Assembly: GCF_031769215.1 (NCBI RefSeq) | Contig: NW_026782452.1 | Location: 744,001 to 808,000 of the forward strand | Source of the DNA: Ylistrum balloti | Lineage: Eukaryota | Direction: 5' to 3' | DNA: 64,000 bases | Part shown: positions 25,600-37,238 of the stretch, piece by piece | How the letters are laid out: each line of letters begins with the position of its first letter | How positions within the stretch are numbered: the first letter of the stretch is position 1 | Made by a program: the position numbers and the translations under genes | The notes under the pieces: generated by a model | What the model was told of the DNA's origin: nothing | Seen by the model: the letters and a program-made list of their open reading frames with translations, nothing else | The model's database searches: none

Positions 25600-26519
25600 A
25601 ATTCAAATGTTCATATTCAACCTGATGTTTGTCATTCAAATGTTCATATTCAACCTGATGTTTGTATTCAACTGTTCATGTGATGTTCATTTGTCATTCA
25701 AATGTTCATATTCAACCTGATGTTTGTCATTCAACTGTTCATGTAGATGGTGTTCATTCAAATTATCATATTCAACCTGATGTTTGTCATTCAACTGTTC
25801 ATGTAGATGGTGTTCATTCAAATGTTCATATTCAACCTGATGTTTGTCATTCAACTGTTCATGTAGATGGTGTTCATTCAAATGTTCATATTCAACCTGA
25901 TGTTTGTCATTCAAATTATCATATTCAACCTGATGTTTGTCATTCAAATGTTCATATTCAGCCTAGTGTTTGTCATTCAACTGTTCATGTAGATGGTGTT
26001 CATTCAAATTATCATATTCAACCTGATGTTTGTCATTCAACTGTTCATGTAGATGGTGTTCATTCAAATGTTCATATTCAACCTGATGTTTGTCATTTAA
26101 CTGTTCATGTAGATGGTGTTCATTCAAATGTTCATATTCAACCTGATGTTTGTCATTCAAATTTTCATATTCAACCTGATGTTTGTCATTCAACTGTTCA
26201 TATTCAGCCTAGTGTTTGTCATTCAACTGTTCATGTAGATGGTGTTCATTCAAATTATCATATTCAACCTGATGTTTGTCATTCAAATGTTCATATTCAA
26301 CCTAGTGTTTGTCATTCAACTGTTCATGTAGATGGTGTTCATTCAAATTATCATATTCAACCTGATGTTTGTCATTCAACTGTTCATGTAGATGGTGTTC
26401 ATTCAAATGTTCATATTCAACCTGATGTTCGTCATTCAACTGTTCATGTAGATGGTGTTCATTCAAATGTTCATATTCAAACTGATGTTTTTCATTCAAT
26501 TGTTCATGTAGATGATATT
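25600..26519 (+). repeat. Compound 33-bp/27-bp minisatellite inside pol
   Basis: Units CATTCAAATGTTCATATTCAACCTGATGTTTGT (HSNVHIQPDVC) and CATTCAACTGTTCATGTAGATGGTGTT (HSTVHVDGV), about 30 units in total. Confidence 0.95.
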
Positions 26520-27126
26520 CAGAAAGATTTGTATGTGGAGGGTACTGGTGATAATCTTGTTTGTACCAGTTTAGAGACATTTTTGTAACTGATGAAAACC
26601 CCTTACTTGGATTTACTAATGTTGTTGAACATAGAATCAATTTAAAATCTGATGCAGTTTCTAAACATCATAAGCCATATAGACTGTCCCCTGACAAAAG
26701 GGAAGTATTGAGAACTCAACTAACCAACTTAATGAATCAGGGCATTATTGCCCCAGTTGATGAGAAGGAGGACATTCCTATATCCAGCCCCATAGTTCTA
26801 GTGTTAAAGCGTAAATCTGCAGATAGTTAATCATCACCAGCCTACCGTTTCTGCTGTGACTTTCGCTATTTAAATTCACAAACGGAACCATTCCGATACA
26901 CTATACCCAACCTTCAAGAGTTGACGGAATCCTTTGATACCTGTAACCCACATTATATTACGTCACTAGATATGAGTTCTGGATTCTTTCAAATGAGTAT
27001 CGAGGCAGATTCATCAAAATATACTGCATTCAATACCTACTTTGGTTCTTCTAAATTCCTTCGCCTTCCAATGGGCCTTAGTACAGGTCCAAATAGCTTT
27101 CAGCTATTGATGGATAAAATACTACA

Positions 27127-30100
27127 CAGTGATTCAGATTCAGGTCGGTCATCGGTCATAGTCCGATTAAGTTAGAAATTGACCGATAAATTAACTTGCC
27201 GGCAAAACAAATGACCGATTGTTTTCAATAGCAAATTGTAGAACTATATAACCAAAAAGGTCGCCCATCGAGTGATTTATAATATTACACTATAGCGCCA
27301 ACTGTTATCTTGTTAATAACAGAGTTTGGTTGATGTCAGAGGTATTCCGACAGCCCGTATTCCGATCGGCTGTAGTCAGCGTCCCTACCGCGTTTGTCAC
27401 TAAGGTCAATGGGTTTAATATGTTATAAGTGCCGATAAGATCCCGATTATTTTTTTATAAACAAGATGCCGGCAAAGAAAAGACGATTGATTGAGGGACA
27501 AAGGTCCCTGTCGTCTTTTTTACTGACGATCTCGGGATGACGGTGACAGAAAGTCAATCTTTAGATTCACAGCTGGTTACAGCAGTTTCTGAGGGGCAAA
27601 CGGTAACGACTACCCATGTACGCTCTTTTCAGGAAAGATGGCGTGAGTTGTACCGTCCATGGCTGATATACACTGACGGTATCGGTATGCAATGCTCAGT
27701 CTGTATAGATGCAAAGCGTTCCAACAGTTTTACTGTTTGTTGTAAAAATTACCGAACTAGTGCTTTTAATGAACATGTTAAAACCAATGATCACCAAACT
27801 GCGATTTTAGTTCCCGAACTAAAACAAAACATGTTAAAAGTTAATAAAACAGTAGAAACGAATGAGGAAAAGGCAGTACTAGTAGCTATGAAGGCCGTGT
27901 ATTAGCTGGCAAAGGAATCTTTGCCATTGGTAAAGTTTAAATCTTTACTACAGCTATTCCATGACTTGGGTGTACCTAATGTCAAGTACTTGAAAAAGTC
28001 AGATGGTGTTGACTATTCCTCATCATATAGTGCACAGGAATTCCTTGCTGCTATGTCTGAGACATTGGATAAGAAACTGGAAAGTGACATGAAAGACTCT
28101 CCAGCTGTTGCTGTTTTAGCTGATGAGCCCACAGACATTAGTGTCCACAAAAGACTTGTTATCTATGTGCAACTTCTGAACCCTGTCACAATGAAAACTT
28201 GTACTCGCTACCTTACAAATGTCCAGTTTCATGAAGGAACTGGTACTGCTATTGCAGCTGAAATATTCAGCCAGTGTGAAAAAAGAGGTGTGACCTGTAA
28301 AAAGATTATGGGACTTGGTTCAGACGGTGCAAGTGTGATGACAGGGAAGGGGAAAGGTGTAGCTGGAATGATGATGCGTAAAAATCTTCACATAATTAAT
28401 GTTCATTGTGTGGCACACCGTCTAGCCCTTTCAACAAGCCAGGCAGCTGAAAATATAGCTCCCTTAAAGGAATATCAAGAAACCATCACTTCCATATACT
28501 ATTACTTCAAATATTCACCGAACAGGGTAGCAAGTTTGAGTGAAATTCAGAAAGTTTTGAATGATCCGCAACTTCGATATAAGGAAGTACACAGTGTTAG
28601 ATGGCTGTCCTTTTATAACGCACTGGAAACTGTCCACAGGACTTTAGACTCTCTACTTACATATTTTGCGGAGACTGTCAATTCTAAGGATCCAAAAGCT
28701 GCAGGATTAAAGAAGAAGGTAAATGGCTTTATCAAGTACATTGGTACATGACATTAACTTAATTTTAATCTGATGATTTAATTCATTTCATTTTTATTTA
28801 ATTTAATTTTAAGTTAATTTTATTTTTAGTATTTCTATGTAATGTTTTTCTATTTGTTTCTTTGATAATCTTTAGTAAAATTGTTTTAAGTTGAGTTGTA
28901 CAGAAGTACAGAACATTGACAATTATTTTCAGTTGTTTCTAAATTATTTTAATTTTCTGTTGATTATTTTAATTTCCTTTTTTTAGTTTTGTTTGTTTAT
29001 GGACTGAAGTTGAATATATTGTGATTCCTGACCGTTGCAAGGTTTATCTACGTCTACTTATCGGAATTGTGAATGTGACAGACATGGAAGTGATAAAATG
29101 TTATATAAGGTTGGTTAAACCCCCAAAATAATAATAAATAATAAAATAAAGATATTATTTAAAGTAAGTAAATTTTTATATCTTAAAATATGGGCACCAT
29201 ATAAATTGGTCTATTATTAGTATTGAAATCATTTTTTTTCAACAACTTAAATTTTTCACTTTTTTTTTTTACAGATTGGTACTTCCAAATTCATTTCCAT
29301 GACATATATGTTGATGGACATCATCCCTGTTGTTGGAAGACTTAACCTTTTCTTTCAAAAGGAAAATGTTGATGTTGCACTGGTGAAAGTAAGTGATCAT
29401 AAAAGCAGATTTTTTACTCTTATCATTCTTGTTAATGTAACAAATAGATTAAAACAAAGAAATAGTATTAGAATATAGATTTTATTTTATTGATTCCCAT
29501 TGTTGATTATTCCTATAAAAATACTTGACAAAACTACTTTTGAATATTAAAAAAAACATACAGTTATGTGTATGAAAAACTGTTAACTACATGGCATTAT
29601 TATATTTATAACCAAGCAGTTATAAATTATTTCTTCAGGTGAATCTTGACCACTGTCTTCACCAACTGCATAGTCTCAAAACTGTTCCTGGGCCTTATGA
29701 ACATCAGCTTGACACAGACCTTGATATTGTGGCCAAGCAGTTCAAACAGCATGAGATATCCCTTTCACCACACCATGATGTCCAGTCTGTAAAGGTGAAG
29801 TTTCTCAACAACCTCATTGGGAATATTACTGAGAGGTAGGTAAATAAGAAAACCTGAAGTAAATAACATTAACACTGCACTGCAGTGTACTTATATAAAT
29901 AAAAAAATATACATTTGGGTGCAAATTTTGAGTACAGGATTATAGCATGATTTTAACTTGAATAAACTTATGAATATAGAATACTGATTTTCATCATTCT
30001 ATTTGTCCAGATTCCCTGATACAGATCTTCTGACAGCATTTGGAGTACTATCCATGAGACCTGTGGGTTTGCTAAGTGGTAAAGATCTGCATGACTGGGG

Positions 30101-30698
30101 AGATGAGGCCATAAATGTGTTGATAAGACATTTTGGAGAAGAGAAAGAGCACACTTGGGTGGATGAGGACAAGAAAACCAACACTTCTAAGTCTGATCTG
30201 AGGAGTGCCCAAATTTGATTAAACTAGCCCATCTAGCTTTAGTATGTCCTGTTCATACTGCAGGGTGTGAAAGGGGGTTCAGTGTGCAGAACAATGTCCT
30301 TACCTCCCTGAGGAATCGCCTTCTTCCGGAAACTCAAGACAAGCTTTTGCGAGTGTGCATTGAGGGATCTGATGATATCCGCAAATTTGATTTTGTGTCA
30401 GCGCTGAGTGCGTGGAAATCCAACAAAAAAGATCAATTTTAACATAGATTTATGTACATGTATAATGACCATGATAGTTTTTTTTATAAAAACCAAGTCT
30501 GCTTGAAGAATTTCTTGTTTTTAATGGAATAAACATGACAACTGTCAAACAGTCACTACAGTCTACTTGAAGTTGACTTGTTCTTTTAAAATACAATTAA
30601 ATTTACATTGGAAAAATATATTTATCCCCCGTGGTGATAGGCGGTGACATCCTTCAGGACAAATGACCCATCCCTGCCAAAACCTGGCAATATCACTG
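27127..30698 (+). mobile_element. hAT DNA transposon with 5-bp TSD (hAT5-like) inserted in RT
   Basis: Ends CAGTGAT...ATCACTG with TSD CTACA (27122-27126, 30699-30703). Removal restores MDKILHGLTFRSVLCYLDD. Confidence 0.9.
27466..30442 (+). pseudogene. hAT transposase (ZNF862-like), intron-containing, disrupted
   Basis: TTF-type zinc finger (W..PWL..C-x2-C..H..H), VLADEPTD, LGSDGASVM, HCVAHRL, VRWLS and C-terminal AGCERGFS..LRNRL. Exons approx. 27466-28718, 29275-29388, 29640-29836, 30011-30442. TAG at 27903-27905 plus frameshifts. Confidence 0.88.
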
Positions 30699-33600
30699 CT
30701 ACATGGACTCACTTTCAGGTCAGTGTTATGTTACCTGGATGACATTTTGATTTGTTCAAACACATTTGAGCAGCATGTGAAAGACCTACAGGAAGTTTTC
30801 ACGCGTCTACAGACCACAGGATTAAAATTAGGCCCAAAGAAGTGCGCGTTTGCAAAAGAGAAATGCATTTTTCTCGGCCATGACGTGATGGGATTCGTCC
30901 ACCTCAGGATCGCGTTGATGCAGTTCAAAAACTGCCAGTATCTACAAACCAAAAGGAACATCGTAGGACCATGGGATTGTTTAACTGGTTTCGAAAATTT
31001 ATTCCGTGGTTTAGTGAAATCGCTTTTCCTATGAACCAATTGCTGAAGAAGGGTGTCAAATTTTCATGGAATTCTGTGCATGATGATGCATTTGCTCAAC
31101 TGAAACGTTTGTTGTCAACATCTGATGCCTTAGCATTTCCTCCATATGATCTGGAATTTCGCCTAGCTGTTGATCCCTCAAGTCATCGAGTTGGATATAT
31201 GCTCTACCAGATTCACCCAGATGGGATCAGACGGGTTGTAAGATTTGGTTCAAAGGGATTAAATATTTACCAGCAGACATATGGACCTACAAAGTTGGAG
31301 CTACTAGGCATGGTATACAGTGTACTCGACTGTGCCCACTACCTTCGGGGACGCAGGTTTGTGGTAGAGTGCGATCATCAGGCCCTTCAACCATTGTTTC
31401 AGAAACAACTCAGAGGTGCCATTTATGAGCGTTGGCTTGCCATTTTACAGCAATTCGATATCAAGATTGAATACAAACCGGCTAGTCAGATGACGGTTCC
31501 TGATGCACTATCGTGTTGCTATCCTAACCCGGACATGGACTTTATGGAAGCTAGTCCAGTTGAGGAAGACCTAAACTTTCCCTTTGTGCCTGATCCTCAT
31601 GCTACCGGCGTTACACTTCCTGACGGGCAGAAGTTCGATTCTTTACTACATTCTGACAGTAGTGATGATGTTGTAGTCAATAACATTTGTGTTGTACCGA
31701 CGTCTGTTCTGCAGTCCGATATTATCTGCAAAGGAGCATATGATGCTGATACTGAGGATTCTGATACCGGCAGTGCTGCTATCACAACTAACATTACGTG
31801 GAAGCGTTCTCGAGTTTGGAGAAAAGTGAAGGATGCCACAAGCAAACGTGGTCATACGCAAGTTAATTTAGATCATGTATTAACCAGAGACAATGTGAAA
31901 CTTACAGATTCTAGTTTGGTCTGTAATACAGATACTGTTGCAGTCCTACCGTCAATGTCAGAAACAAACGAGGACAAACAACAAACTGTCAGAATATGTG
32001 AGAATGATGTCTTTGAAGCCACTACTGAGGATGAACAGCGTCATGTCATATTTAGGGATGATACTACTGTCACTGATGTTAGCCCAATGGTTAACCCATA
32101 TGTTCAGTCTACAGACATTGATACCAGTCAGGATGAACAGTCATTACTGGATTCCCTCATCACATCAGATGGAACATTGTTAGAGATTTTACAACAAATT
32201 TTGTCCAGTCCTTCATATACTGACATTACAGACTCTGAAACTGTGAAAGGAAACATCTCTACTAGTCAACATGTTGTTTTTCAAGAGGCTGATCATGTAT
32301 TCACTAAGGAAACAATCAGAGATCTTCAGCAGAAAGATGAGAAGTTCAGACCAATTATTTCATATTTGAAGGATGATGTACTCCCAGATTCCCAAAAAGC
32401 AACAAGACGAGTTTTACTGGAGAGCTCGGACTATGTTCTCATTGACAACACGTTATTCCACTCGCGGGTTGCCAAATCTAAGCGTTTACAGACTTTGAAA
32501 CATTATCAGTTGGCATTACCGGAAGACATGATACCAACAATTCTGACCCTTTATCACGATTCTCCTGTCGGAGGACACTCCGGAATTCAGGAAACATTTG
32601 ATCGCATTCGTGAACATTATTACTTCCCACGCTTATCTACCATTGTCTCGGAATATGTACGTTCATGCCCTGATTGCCAACAACGAAAGGTACCCCCAGT
32701 GCCTCAGAGACATTCTATTGTTGCTTTACCTACACCATGTAACCCTTTTGAAGTGTGGGAGATTGATCTTTATGGACCATTACCGATTACTCCCTCGGCA
32801 AAATCACATGTGTTTACTACTGTCGACATGTTTTCTAAGTATGTATATGCAATTCCTATTGCCAGTAGTGACGCGCTTTCTGTTGGGGAGGCATTGTTTC
32901 AACTTGTGTGTACCTTTGGTGTATGTGACACATTGGTTTCCGATCAAGGGTCTGAGTTTATTGCAAAAGTTAGCCAGGAAACCTGCCGTTTGTTACAAGT
33001 GAAACAAAACTTTACCCCCAGCCATTCTCACCACTGCCTAGGGGCTTGTGTGCGAACTCATAGGGTACTCGCTACTAAACTGACTCCGTACATGAATGAG
33101 AGCAAAGACAATTGGGAGGCAGTCCTTCCTGCAGTGATATTCTCTATGAATGTTTCGATTAACAATACTACTGGTTATTCGCCTTTTGAGGTAATCTACG
33201 GGAATAGACCTTCTTTCCCATTGGTATCAGTTCTTCCAAACCTGAAAAGTGTACTCAAAGATGTTCACACATACATTGATCAAGTTCACCAACGCCTTGA
33301 ATGTATTCACAATGACATGAAAGAACACATCACAAAGGCTCAGTGTAAAATGGTTGCTGCTGCAAATGATAGGCCTCTGGGTCCAACATGCGGGGAAGGG
33401 GACTATGTGTATCTACGCCATAAGCCTGGTGGCCAGGGTCATTAGCTTCAGAACCTTTATAAAGGGCCTTATGTAGTACGGACAGTTCATTCTGTGCATT
33501 TGGTGGTTTTGTCTGACCCATCTTCAGGGAAAACTTATGAACGCCCCGTGCATATCAACTGTTTGGAAATTGCTCATGTACGCGCACCCACCCCTTCAGA

Positions 33601-35394
33601 CTTCTTTCGAAGTGTCACTACTTGTAAAGTCGATACTGCCATACAAACTGATACTTTTGGTGACTTTGTTGAACCTTTACAATCATCCGCGTCAACCGAC
33701 TTTTCTGAGGGTGAATCCCTAACTGAGGATCTTACTGTACTGGGGAATTTATCCAACCAGTTACCAACTCCTTCTACAGAGAGCTCCTCTGATACCATTG
33801 TTGAAGACAACAAAACTTGTCCAACTCGTCACATTCGGAAACCGGCTCGTTATAGATCTGAAGACAATATTGACCCAGATGTGTTGTCTTGCTCTGAAAG
33901 CTCATCTGATAATAAACATTACAAAATCAGGAGAGTGCTTGCTCAAAGAGGAAGTGGTTCAGACATTGAGTATCTTGTTCACTTTGTGGGTGAACCTTCA
34001 CGCACAGCGATGTGGGTTCCGTTTGACTCGCTTAATGGCCCAGCCCAACGTGTTGTCCTTGCCAAGAAACCCAAACAAATTGCATAGATATACCGGTATG
34101 TATTAATGTATGGCTGAACAATACCATGATTTGTTCTTTTTGATTTGTAATTTGCCTGGATTAGATATTTTTGTCACATATACCCATGAATATTGTAGCT
34201 TTTGTGGGTCTGATAACTCGAATAACAATTTTCATTGTTTCAACATATGATATAGTTACCTGCCTTGTGTTTTCATAGCCATTTGCTATGATTGTCTTTG
34301 ATTTTGTTTTATGTATAAATGCTAATTGGTGCATTGTTTTCTTGCTGTAAAGATGATTTTCATACTTTGCTAAGATTTAAGAGTCTACTATGATTGGTCA
34401 CTGGTTAGATATTTGTATCCACAGATCTCATATTTCTGTCTGATGTTTATAGATTTGCATACATTTTACATGATGAGTTTAAAGTTTGACAATTATACTA
34501 CATGACTTAAAACACCTATAACAACTGATTTTCCATTCACTGAAGTTATTATAATGTCATTGTGTAATTGCATCATTTCAGTTAAAGTTATGGACTAGCT
34601 GTCTAAATTTTTTTTTTTTTTTTTTACAATTTCTTGATAATGTGCGGTTGAATACTTTTACCTGGATCTGATTGGTGCCATCTGAGTTTATTACCAAATA
34701 TGATAGTATAACCCTATTAAGATAAACGTTTGACATTGATGGTTATATCTTTTCCTCAGTAATGATAAAATATGATACAATGAGATTAGTATGTACAATT
34801 CTATATACTGTTGTGGTATTTCCACATAATTAATTTTGTGATGAAATTGAATTGTCCAGATGTACTCTTGTTATATTACCTGTTGGTCAGGATATTTTTC
34901 AATTTATGTAAATTCACAGTATGGAATTACACATTTTAACTCAAGTCTGTAGTGATTTTTATCTGGATGAGCCTTGTGAGGTATGACATAGATTGCCAGC
35001 ATAGAATGTAATGGTTTTATTCACGAATATTTTATAAAATCTGGTCATTTGATTCATTATGTGTTGCGAGCGAATCTGTGATTGTGATTTAGCTACCTAG
35101 TGCATAATCTGTCATTTACATTGAAACAATCTTGTATATAAAAACAACTGTTATATGTGCCATACTAGTGTGAATCAACAGCCAACAGGTCTTTGTCTTA
35201 AAATTGAATAGAAACTCTATGCAGCCCTGTTCTTAATGAGGTTTATAATGTAATTTCTCGTTAGATAAATTTTATATTGATGTCATAGTCACTTTATCTT
35301 CATTCATATAACTGTACTAGTCACTCTCTGATTTCAACATAATCTTAAACTCCCTGACCAGTAATTCAAAAATTGCCCACAATTTTTTTCTCTC

Positions 35395-35404
35395 GGGGCG
35401 GGGA
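35395..35404 (+). other. Polypurine tract of the Gypsy element
   Basis: GGGGCGGGGA immediately before the TG that opens the 3' LTR. Confidence 0.8.
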
Positions 35405-35627
35405 TGTTATATACACCTATATGACTGGTCAGGTTGTTTCAGATTATTTTGTTCATTCCGGATATTTGACCCGGTGTCCGGGTCCTTTTGTTTATATATT
35501 TATTATTATGTTGTTGCTTTCCGGTTGATTAAACGGCGGTAACCGCATGGTAATGGAAATGGTCTTTTTGTGTGTTTTAACCTCTCACAAGCCAAGCACC
35601 GAGTATTCCCCAACACCCCCCACAACA
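35405..35627 (+). repeat. 3' LTR (223 bp, TGTT...AACA)
   Basis: Matches the 5' LTR over 175 bp, ends in AACA and is followed by the TSD CAAC. Confidence 0.85.
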
Positions 35628-36068
35628 CAACAGCTAGGGTAATTTAAGAACGGATTCTCAGTGTATTCGAGTAGATTGAATGTGTCGACGTGTGTGTTTG
35701 GGTGGCAGGTATAAGTTCATGCGAGTTGTTAGCAATAACTGTCTGAATGTAGAAATGATTTATTATCATTGTTGAGAAAGACTATAGTTGGAAAGAGGGA
35801 AGAGTGTGATATATCAAATATGCTTTTCAAAATGTTATCACTTTACGAAAACGTATCATTGAGTTCCATCTTCATTTCCTTTCTATTTAAGATAATAAAG
35901 TTGATATTTTTCCGTTGGAACGCCATGGAGCCAACCCATTTCCTGTGTTTGCCCTGTCGGTAGGACGTTAGAAATTCGTTTGAGACGACTAACTTAATAA
36001 TGATATGTTCTCTTCATGAACGTTAAAAGTACAACAGACCAGACGCTCTGACGTAAATTCAGGAAAGC

Positions 36069-37238
36069 CATATTTTAAGCCTAGAGAAACCTAGGAGCGC
36101 CTAGGGGTAATTGGAATGTTAATATATCATTTTATTATTTCTAGATAACATTTTAAATGTTTTCATATTGAAAAAATGAAGTTTCATGCAAAGAAAGTGT
36201 AATAAAACATGAATATTCTACAAGAAAACTGGCCACATCTCATACAAGGGAGATAACTCTTATAGCAAGTTTTGGCTAGGCTTACAATGCTGTGTGTACA
36301 TTAGTCAATAATAATTAAGCCTAGGTGTTGATAGAATAATCAAAGGTTGTAGAAATCTCAGCCATACATGTCTCAATAGTATTCAATAGTATGTTTCCAG
36401 ACTTCACGACGGGGACGTGTTTCTACAAGAAGTCCATTTTTATTGTTAAAAAGTGCAATGAGCAAATTAAATTCTACATGTTCAGCATTATAATTTTTTT
36501 AATGTCAATTTAAAAAGTTTTCTAAATATATATGCATTCATCATGTTTATTGGATATCATTGTACCTTAATTCTCCTTATTCAGAACATTTTTTTACTCT
36601 GTAGAAATGGAAAATTAAAAATAAAACGTTGAATCAAAACTATTAGAAATTAGAAATTACAATATATATACATTTCTAGTCTGTAATAAAAAAAAATCTT
36701 AGTATTACTTTTTTCTATTTTTTTCTTTTTTACATTTTTAACATTTTTCTAATAGGAAATTTAATAGCATTAATATGAGAATAAATAATAAAGATATTTT
36801 TTTCCAAACATTTTAGAAAGTTCTACCTCTAATAGGCCACATGACGATGTGATGAGCCTTTCTATGTTTGGATTAATTATAATCTTTTTTTATTTTCAGC
36901 TGAATTTGGCACGTTTGTTTGCGAAAGTTGTTGTTTTCGCATGTCTCATTCTTTTGATTTGACCAGGTTTTTCTGCAAGTTTTGCAGTTGTTGGGATGAT
37001 CAACTGTCCATCTGTGGACCTACAGTGGTGTTTATGTGTGTCAATATGGCGGACATCGTGCGCCCAGAGAGTACAGCATATAATGTTTGAATATTTGGGA
37101 TCTGGCAACCCATATGATATCAAATGTATCTATAACTTCATTGAAAAGTAATGTTTCTTTGTCACATTATTTATTTTAAGCAATATATTACTAAACAAGG
37201 CCCTAGGCGTCCCTAGGCTTCTCTAGGCTTAAAATATG
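36069..37238. mobile_element. Non-autonomous inverted-repeat element with CCTAG-rich ends
   Basis: CATATTTTAAGCCTAGAGAAACCTAGGAGCGCCTAGGG (36069-36106) is an inverted near-copy of 37201-37238. AT-rich interior; no TSD found. Confidence 0.6.

Larger units (their letters stand above)
24670..34087 (+). pseudogene. pol: Gypsy pol: protease, RT, RNase H, integrase, chromodomain-like tail (several stops/frameshifts, hAT insertion)
   Basis: PR: ALLDTGSSINVM. RT: PYRLSP, SSPIVLV, FCCDFRYLN, LDMSSGFFQ, LPMGL, then CYLDDILI after the hAT. RH: LAVD...RFGSKGL...ELLG...ECDHQAL. IN: H-x6-H...C-x2-C, IDLYGP, SDQGSEF, with the third catalytic Glu read as Val (ACVRTHR). Stops at 26828-26830 and 33443-33445. 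Confidence 0.93.
6647..35627 (+). mobile_element. Ty3/Gypsy LTR retrotransposon (decayed, carrying two nested DNA transposons)
   Basis: Direct repeats start TGTTATATACACC at 6647 and 35405; the element ends ...CACAACA at 35627. A 4-bp TSD CAAC lies at 6643-6646 and 35628-35631. A polypurine tract precedes the 3' LTR. Domain order is gag, PR, RT, RH, IN (Gypsy order). About 8.6 kb remains once the insertions are removed. Confidence 0.93.

Noticed and set aside
25600-26519. CRISPR-like appearance of the 33/27-bp array and of the 56-bp array at 45533-46280
   Set aside because: There are no unique spacers and no cas genes, and the context is eukaryotic; both are tandem repeats.
25687-26640. Minus-strand His/Glu/Asn repeat ORFs (MNDKHQVEYEHLNEHHLHEQ..)
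   Set aside because: These are antisense shadows of the minisatellite, broken by stops; the plus-strand frame lies within pol.
34088-35394. Possible env-like third ORF in the 1.3-kb region before the 3' LTR
   Set aside because: It is T-rich with stops in all frames and no ORF of 60 aa or more after pol; treated as 3' UTR.
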